A stretch of DNA of 64,000 nt from a virus: positions 10,697 to 74,696 of the IMG/VR virus record IMGVR_UViG_3300028534_000022. One strand, given 5' to 3'. Every line of letters begins with the position of its first letter. Positions within the stretch are counted from its first letter, which is position 1. Positions 59,536 through 64,000 of this stretch are shown one piece after another. The notes beneath the pieces are model-generated. The model did no database searches and had not been told where the DNA came from. It worked only from the letters and a program-made list of their open reading frames with translations. The position numbers and the translations under genes were made by a program.

Positions 59536-61716
59536 ATGGCTGATAAAAAACAGTTAGTATCTAGCATCCTAGGTACTCTAAACTCACAAGTAAACGGAAG
59601 CGGTCTTGCTGCTCGTCCAGAAATCGCAACATTTGCACTCGGAACTGAATCTATGGATTCTTCTGCTGCTGAAACTGCTAAAGTTTCTCTTGACAAACTA
59701 CAAGACATTGTAGATGCTACTATCGATAGTATTGTATCACAAGAATCTTACGCTGGTGTTACATTTACAGACGCACAACTTCAAGCTGCACGTAGTATTG
59801 CTGGTCTTGCACTAGATCCTGTTGCTGCAACTAAAAGTTTAACTAAACTTAAGCCTGCAACTACTGATGCATCTGCAAACGTTGTTAACCCACTTGAAAT
59901 TGGTGTAGAAGATATCATTGATCCTGTTTCTCTTTCTGCAGAAGCATTCGACGGTGAAGCTATTAACAATGCACTTTATTTCTCTGTAACATATAACCTT
60001 ATGGCTGCAACTCAAGATGCGTTTGGTGAAGCATTCTTCCCAACTATCACTATTGACCCAACTGTAAGTGGTGCAACTATTGAATCTGAGTATATCTCTC
60101 TTTATAACGAAATTGAAAGAGAAATCACTGGTACTCCAGATGGTGACAAATTTAACAAAATTCCAATTGTAAAAGCTATCTATGATAACGAGCTTTTCTC
60201 AACTGATAAAAACAAAGTAGTTCCTGTTCTTAGACCAGAGTCTGCTGACCTATTTATCGAAGATCTTTCTTTCGTAGACAAATCAAATGGTGAAGAAGTA
60301 ACTACTGCTCCTGTTAAATTTGGTAAAAAATTCTCTTTACTAGGTGTTTCACAAACTGATAGCATGCTTGCTAAAGGTGTAATGGATAACACTGATGCTC
60401 TTGACAGACGTATGGTTGTTAAAGATGTATACTATGCTGTAGCTGGTAAAGATGCTGATGGTAATGATATTACTGAGTATTTCAAATTTGCTGCTGAAGC
60501 ACTTCCACACTCTAACTTTACATATAGTACACAAGATCACAACAAAGATCTATCACTATCTTTCAACACTAACTCTGTATATGTTAACACATCTACAACT
60601 ACAACTGCTACAGGTGCAGCTTCAACTATTCTTGCTGGTCTTCCTGCTGGACACACAGTTGTTCTAAGTGTTGTAATGCATGGTGATGCTAATACTCAAC
60701 GTGGTGATGTTGTTGTATATGGTAACCAAATCGAAGTTGTTGAAGTAAGAGATGCTGCAGGTAACAAACTACCAACTGCATCTGCTGACTATGCTGCTAT
60801 CGTAGCTGCGTTCAATGGTAAAACTACACTTGCTGGTTATACTCTTGAAGCATACAGAACTAACTCTAACCTCAGAAACCGTGGTCAACTTATCACTTCT
60901 GACAGATATGTTCAAATCTATACAGTTCCATTAAGAAGCGGTATTACTGTACTTGCTCCTATTAACAATGCAACTGGTAACGACAATGATGCTTCTAAGA
61001 TCAATTCACAAATTACTGTAGCTGGTATTCGTACTTCAGTACATGCAGTTAAAACACTTGTTGAATATGCTGATCAACTTATGAACATCACTGCAAATGG
61101 TACTATTGCTGATGCTACTACACTAGGTGTAGGTAGACACCATGTTAATGCATACTACAATGAAACAGATATGGATATGTCTACATATGTAGATTCTATC
61201 AAATCTACAGATAGACTTGATGATATTCAAGCTACACTTCTTAACCAAATTAAGAATGAAGCTGTTAAAATGGGTATCGAATCTAACTACTTCATTGCAC
61301 ATAACGTTCTTCGTGGTAATGTTGGCGGTAAGAAAACTGTACTTGTTGGTACAGATCCAAAAATCGCACAATATATCACTAACAACGGTGGTACTGAAAT
61401 CGATCTAGGTGATGATCTTGTTGCTAAAATCGTTTCAACTCCAAATGCTCTTATGAAAGGTAAAATCGTATTATCATTCGGTGTATTTGATGCTGACAGA
61501 AACACTGTTCCAAACCCACTTAACTTTGGACAACTATTCTGGTCACCAACAATCACAACTGATGTAGTACGTACAGTAAGTGGTTCTACAGTAAGAGAAC
61601 TTACTACTATGCCAAGATTCTTGCATGTAGTGAACCTACCCGTCATTTCTGTTGTAAATGTGTCTCAACTCGACGGTACATTAGGTAAAGTTAACGTAAA
61701 CTTTAAAACAGTATAA
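59536..61716 (+). CDS. Major capsid protein (phiKZ gp120-like)
   Basis: 726 aa; SAE|AFD..YNL.A.QD.F.EAFFPT; R.RGQL..; C-terminal P.F.H.VNLPV; divergent from DnaB as in phiKZ; high-expression codon style. Confidence 0.85.
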   Translation: MADKKQLVSSILGTLNSQVNGSGLAARPEIATFALGTESMDSSAAETAKVSLDKLQDIVDATIDSIVSQESYAGVTFTDAQLQAARSIAGLALDPVAATKSLTKLKPATTDASANVVNPLEIGVEDIIDPVSLSAEAFDGEAINNALYFSVTYNLMAATQDAFGEAFFPTITIDPTVSGATIESEYISLYNEIEREITGTPDGDKFNKIPIVKAIYDNELFSTDKNKVVPVLRPESADLFIEDLSFVDKSNGEEVTTAPVKFGKKFSLLGVSQTDSMLAKGVMDNTDALDRRMVVKDVYYAVAGKDADGNDITEYFKFAAEALPHSNFTYSTQDHNKDLSLSFNTNSVYVNTSTTTTATGAASTILAGLPAGHTVVLSVVMHGDANTQRGDVVVYGNQIEVVEVRDAAGNKLPTASADYAAIVAAFNGKTTLAGYTLEAYRTNSNLRNRGQLITSDRYVQIYTVPLRSGITVLAPINNATGNDNDASKINSQITVAGIRTSVHAVKTLVEYADQLMNITANGTIADATTLGVGRHHVNAYYNETDMDMSTYVDSIKSTDRLDDIQATLLNQIKNEAVKMGIESNYFIAHNVLRGNVGGKKTVLVGTDPKIAQYITNNGGTEIDLGDDLVAKIVSTPNALMKGKIVLSFGVFDADRNTVPNPLNFGQLFWSPTITTDVVRTVSGSTVRELTTMPRFLHVVNLPVISVVNVSQLDGTLGKVNVNFKTV

Positions 61717-61729
61717 GCCCAGTATCCTA

Positions 61730-61754
61730 GGAGTTTCCTAGGGTACAGCTTACC
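61730..61754 (+). terminator. Hairpin after the capsid gene
   Basis: GTATCCTAGGA-GTT-TCCTAGGGTAC (approximate bounds). Confidence 0.55.
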
Positions 61755-61880
61755 TTTTTGACCGCTATGTGTTTTAACACAAAGGTTATTCTGCCTCTAT
61801 TTTTTTTTACCGCAGGGTCACTTTTTTTCACCTTTTTTTAAAATAGTATGTTTATATGATATTTTAAAAAAGGTAAACAT

Positions 61881-63290
61881 ATGCGTATAAAAGAATTAAT
61901 AACTAAAATGACTAATAGCGGATATCGTATAACTAAAGATGGTAACGTATATAATAAATACGGAAATAAACTCACGGTATTGTGTATAAATAATTATCCA
62001 TATGTTAAATTAAAAATAGATGGTAAGCAATATAAAAAACGATTAGACATACTAGTAGCTACTTTGTACGTACCTAATCCAAATAACTATAAATACATTA
62101 AACATAAAGATGGTAACACTATGTCATGTTATGCTAAAGGATTAGCTTGGTCCGAATATAATATCAGAACATTATACCGTAATTACACTAAAGAAAAATA
62201 TAAACAACACCCAGATTACCCATATTACTATTTCGGTATAGATGGCAATATTTATCGTCCATCTAAAAGAAAAAATGGAAAATTGATTAAATTAAAAACT
62301 TATGACTACGGTACATATAGAATGCTATCTGTAATAGATAAAAACAATAATCGTGTAAATATACGTATGCATAGGATTATAGCTGAACTCTTTATTCCTA
62401 ATCCAAATAATTTACCTATGGTAAACCATATAAATGGTAAAAAAGATGATAACAGGGTAGAAAATTTAGAATGGGTTACTGCTAGTGAGAATACACAACA
62501 CGCATTTGATACAGGGTTACATCGACATAAGTATTTGGAAAAACTTAGTGATACAATAAAAAAGAATATAATTAAAAGAATAATGAGCGGAGAAAGCAAT
62601 AAAGATATAGGTAAACGTTATGATATAAATCCTAAAGAAATAAGATATATTAGAGAAAAGCGTAAATGGTTAGATGTATGGGAAATGGTTTATCCTGGTA
62701 TTGAGAGGAATAATATTCCTAAGAAAAGACACATATCTATACATAAATCTATTATTATTAAAAGAAAAGATATCATTAGAGCAATATTGTCTGGTGAAAC
62801 TAATAGAAGTATTACTAGTGTGTATGGTATAAGTAATGAAATGTTAAATAGTGTAAGAAGAAAAGATAGCTGGAAAGAATTGTGGGATTTGCCAGAATTT
62901 AAAGATAAGGAAATTCCTTTAAGTGTAGGTAAGAGTGACATATCTATTGAATACAGAAAAGAAGTTATAAAGCTAATCTTAGAAAACAAACTTAATGATA
63001 CTGAAATAGCTGAAAGATATGGGTTAGCAGCAGTTACTATTAGCGGTATACGTAATAAAACTAGATGGAAAGAAGTATGGGATAAATACTTCCCGGATAG
63101 TAATCCTTATGATAAAAGATATAGCCTAATGAAAGACATAGTAGACGGTAAGTTAACTAATGTAGAAATAGGCGAGAAATATGGTGTTAGACCTAAATAT
63201 GTATCTGAGATACGTGGTGTTAGAGTACATACTAAACAATGGAAAGAATGGTTCCCTGAATATTACAATAAAAGAATAACTACTAGCTGA
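61881..63290 (+). CDS. HNH homing endonuclease (degenerate plus intact HNH modules, HTH repeats)
   Basis: RMHRIIAELFIPNPNNLPMVNHINGKKDDNRVENLEWVT; earlier degenerate copy RLDILVATLYVPNP..HKDGN; repeated IGxxYGI..WKxxW HTH units. Confidence 0.85.
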   Translation: MRIKELITKMTNSGYRITKDGNVYNKYGNKLTVLCINNYPYVKLKIDGKQYKKRLDILVATLYVPNPNNYKYIKHKDGNTMSCYAKGLAWSEYNIRTLYRNYTKEKYKQHPDYPYYYFGIDGNIYRPSKRKNGKLIKLKTYDYGTYRMLSVIDKNNNRVNIRMHRIIAELFIPNPNNLPMVNHINGKKDDNRVENLEWVTASENTQHAFDTGLHRHKYLEKLSDTIKKNIIKRIMSGESNKDIGKRYDINPKEIRYIREKRKWLDVWEMVYPGIERNNIPKKRHISIHKSIIIKRKDIIRAILSGETNRSITSVYGISNEMLNSVRRKDSWKELWDLPEFKDKEIPLSVGKSDISIEYRKEVIKLILENKLNDTEIAERYGLAAVTISGIRNKTRWKEVWDKYFPDSNPYDKRYSLMKDIVDGKLTNVEIGEKYGVRPKYVSEIRGVRVHTKQWKEWFPEYYNKRITTS

Positions 63291-63328
63291 CATAGGTTAG
63301 CTAGTAGTAGGTTCCTATTTTATTTTAA

Positions 63329-63348
63329 TCATATATTATTAATATAGA
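63329..63348 (+). promoter_or_regulatory. Putative early promoter
   Basis: TCATATATTATTAATATAGA, after the hairpin at 63281-63306. Confidence 0.6.
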
Positions 63349-63410
63349 TGTACTAGTGACATTTAACTATATAATTTAAATCATTTAACCTAGAAAGGAA
63401 CTATACTAAA

Positions 63411-64000
63411 ATGATAATCACCCCCAAAACGATTAGCACAGCTTTCTACTGTGTTGAACTAGAGAACTTAGTCCCGCATCGTATCATTAATCAGTACATT
63501 ACTAATGATGACGAAGCATTAGAAGCTCCTGATAAAGAGCTACACGTTTTTACAACTATGCCTAACTCAGATATGTTTATGTTAGATAGATATAATAACT
63601 ACAGAGGTATACGTAAACGCACTAACTTAACTAACTTAGGTCTTATGTTGGATATGCCTACATATGAGGATAAGAATAGTGCTAAATATAGCATGTATGA
63701 CTTCCACGGTATTTATATTGTAGAACGCATTTTCTTCTATGTAGAAAATAGTACTTTATTCCACGAAACATTAGAACATATCTTAGTTAGCCAAAATATT
63801 GAGATAGGAGCTGTTAACTTAGAAGAGATTAGAACTGCTTTTCAGGCGTATCCTAATAACCATAAAAGACACGAAATGAGGCTAATACATTTTATTCCAC
63901 ATAGTCTCATGGTTAAAGATGTATCTGTTTACCACAAACGTACAGATATGGTTTTTACTGTAAATAAACCTAATGATGAGTTAGTACACCCATATAGCAA
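63411..64000 (+). CDS. Hypothetical protein, 3'-truncated by the window
   Basis: ATG at 63411 with RBS AAGGAA; frame MIITPKTIST... open to the window end; not in the supplied ORF track. Confidence 0.7.
   Translation, partial: MIITPKTISTAFYCVELENLVPHRIINQYITNDDEALEAPDKELHVFTTMPNSDMFMLDRYNNYRGIRKRTNLTNLGLMLDMPTYEDKNSAKYSMYDFHGIYIVERIFFYVENSTLFHETLEHILVSQNIEIGAVNLEEIRTAFQAYPNNHKRHEMRLIHFIPHSLMVKDVSVYHKRTDMVFTVNKPNDELVHPYS

Noticed and set aside
1-64000. Stop-codon reassignment or tRNA genes
   Set aside because: Conserved genes are full length under the standard code using TAA and TAG stops; no tRNA cloverleaf was seen by eye (tRNAscan not run).

Overview
AT-rich segment of a phiKZ-related (Chimalliviridae-like) jumbo phage genome. 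Hallmark genes: the 3' exon of a split RNA polymerase beta C-terminal subunit (phiKZ gp71-73-like), a beta-prime C-terminal subunit (gp74-like) next to an SF2 helicase (gp75-like), RNase H, a DnaB-like helicase (gp118-like) and the major capsid protein (gp120-like). Two closely related group I introns interrupt the RNAP beta gene (with a homing endonuclease) and the DnaB gene (no ORF; splicing restores TQG|GFRKGEF). There are several free-standing HNH/NUMOD endonucleases and a nucleotide-metabolism set (nrdA, nrdB, dNMP kinase, and a ThyX split over two genes). A duplicated cassette encodes two very large FG-GAP repeat proteins, each with 3 x 6 repeats. The most unusual element is a terminator-bounded six-gene block joining peptidoglycan-hydrolase/lysis-type genes to a complete phage-borne two-component system (receiver protein plus membrane histidine kinase with a 4-Cys insert). 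Non-coding signals: a recurring putative early promoter (CATATATYATWWAWAYAGA-like), near loop-less palindromes at gene ends, and a GC-rich structured element at ~16.55-16.77 kb. ThyX similarity suggests a Campylobacterota host (inference). All homology calls come from motif recognition by eye; no database searches were run.
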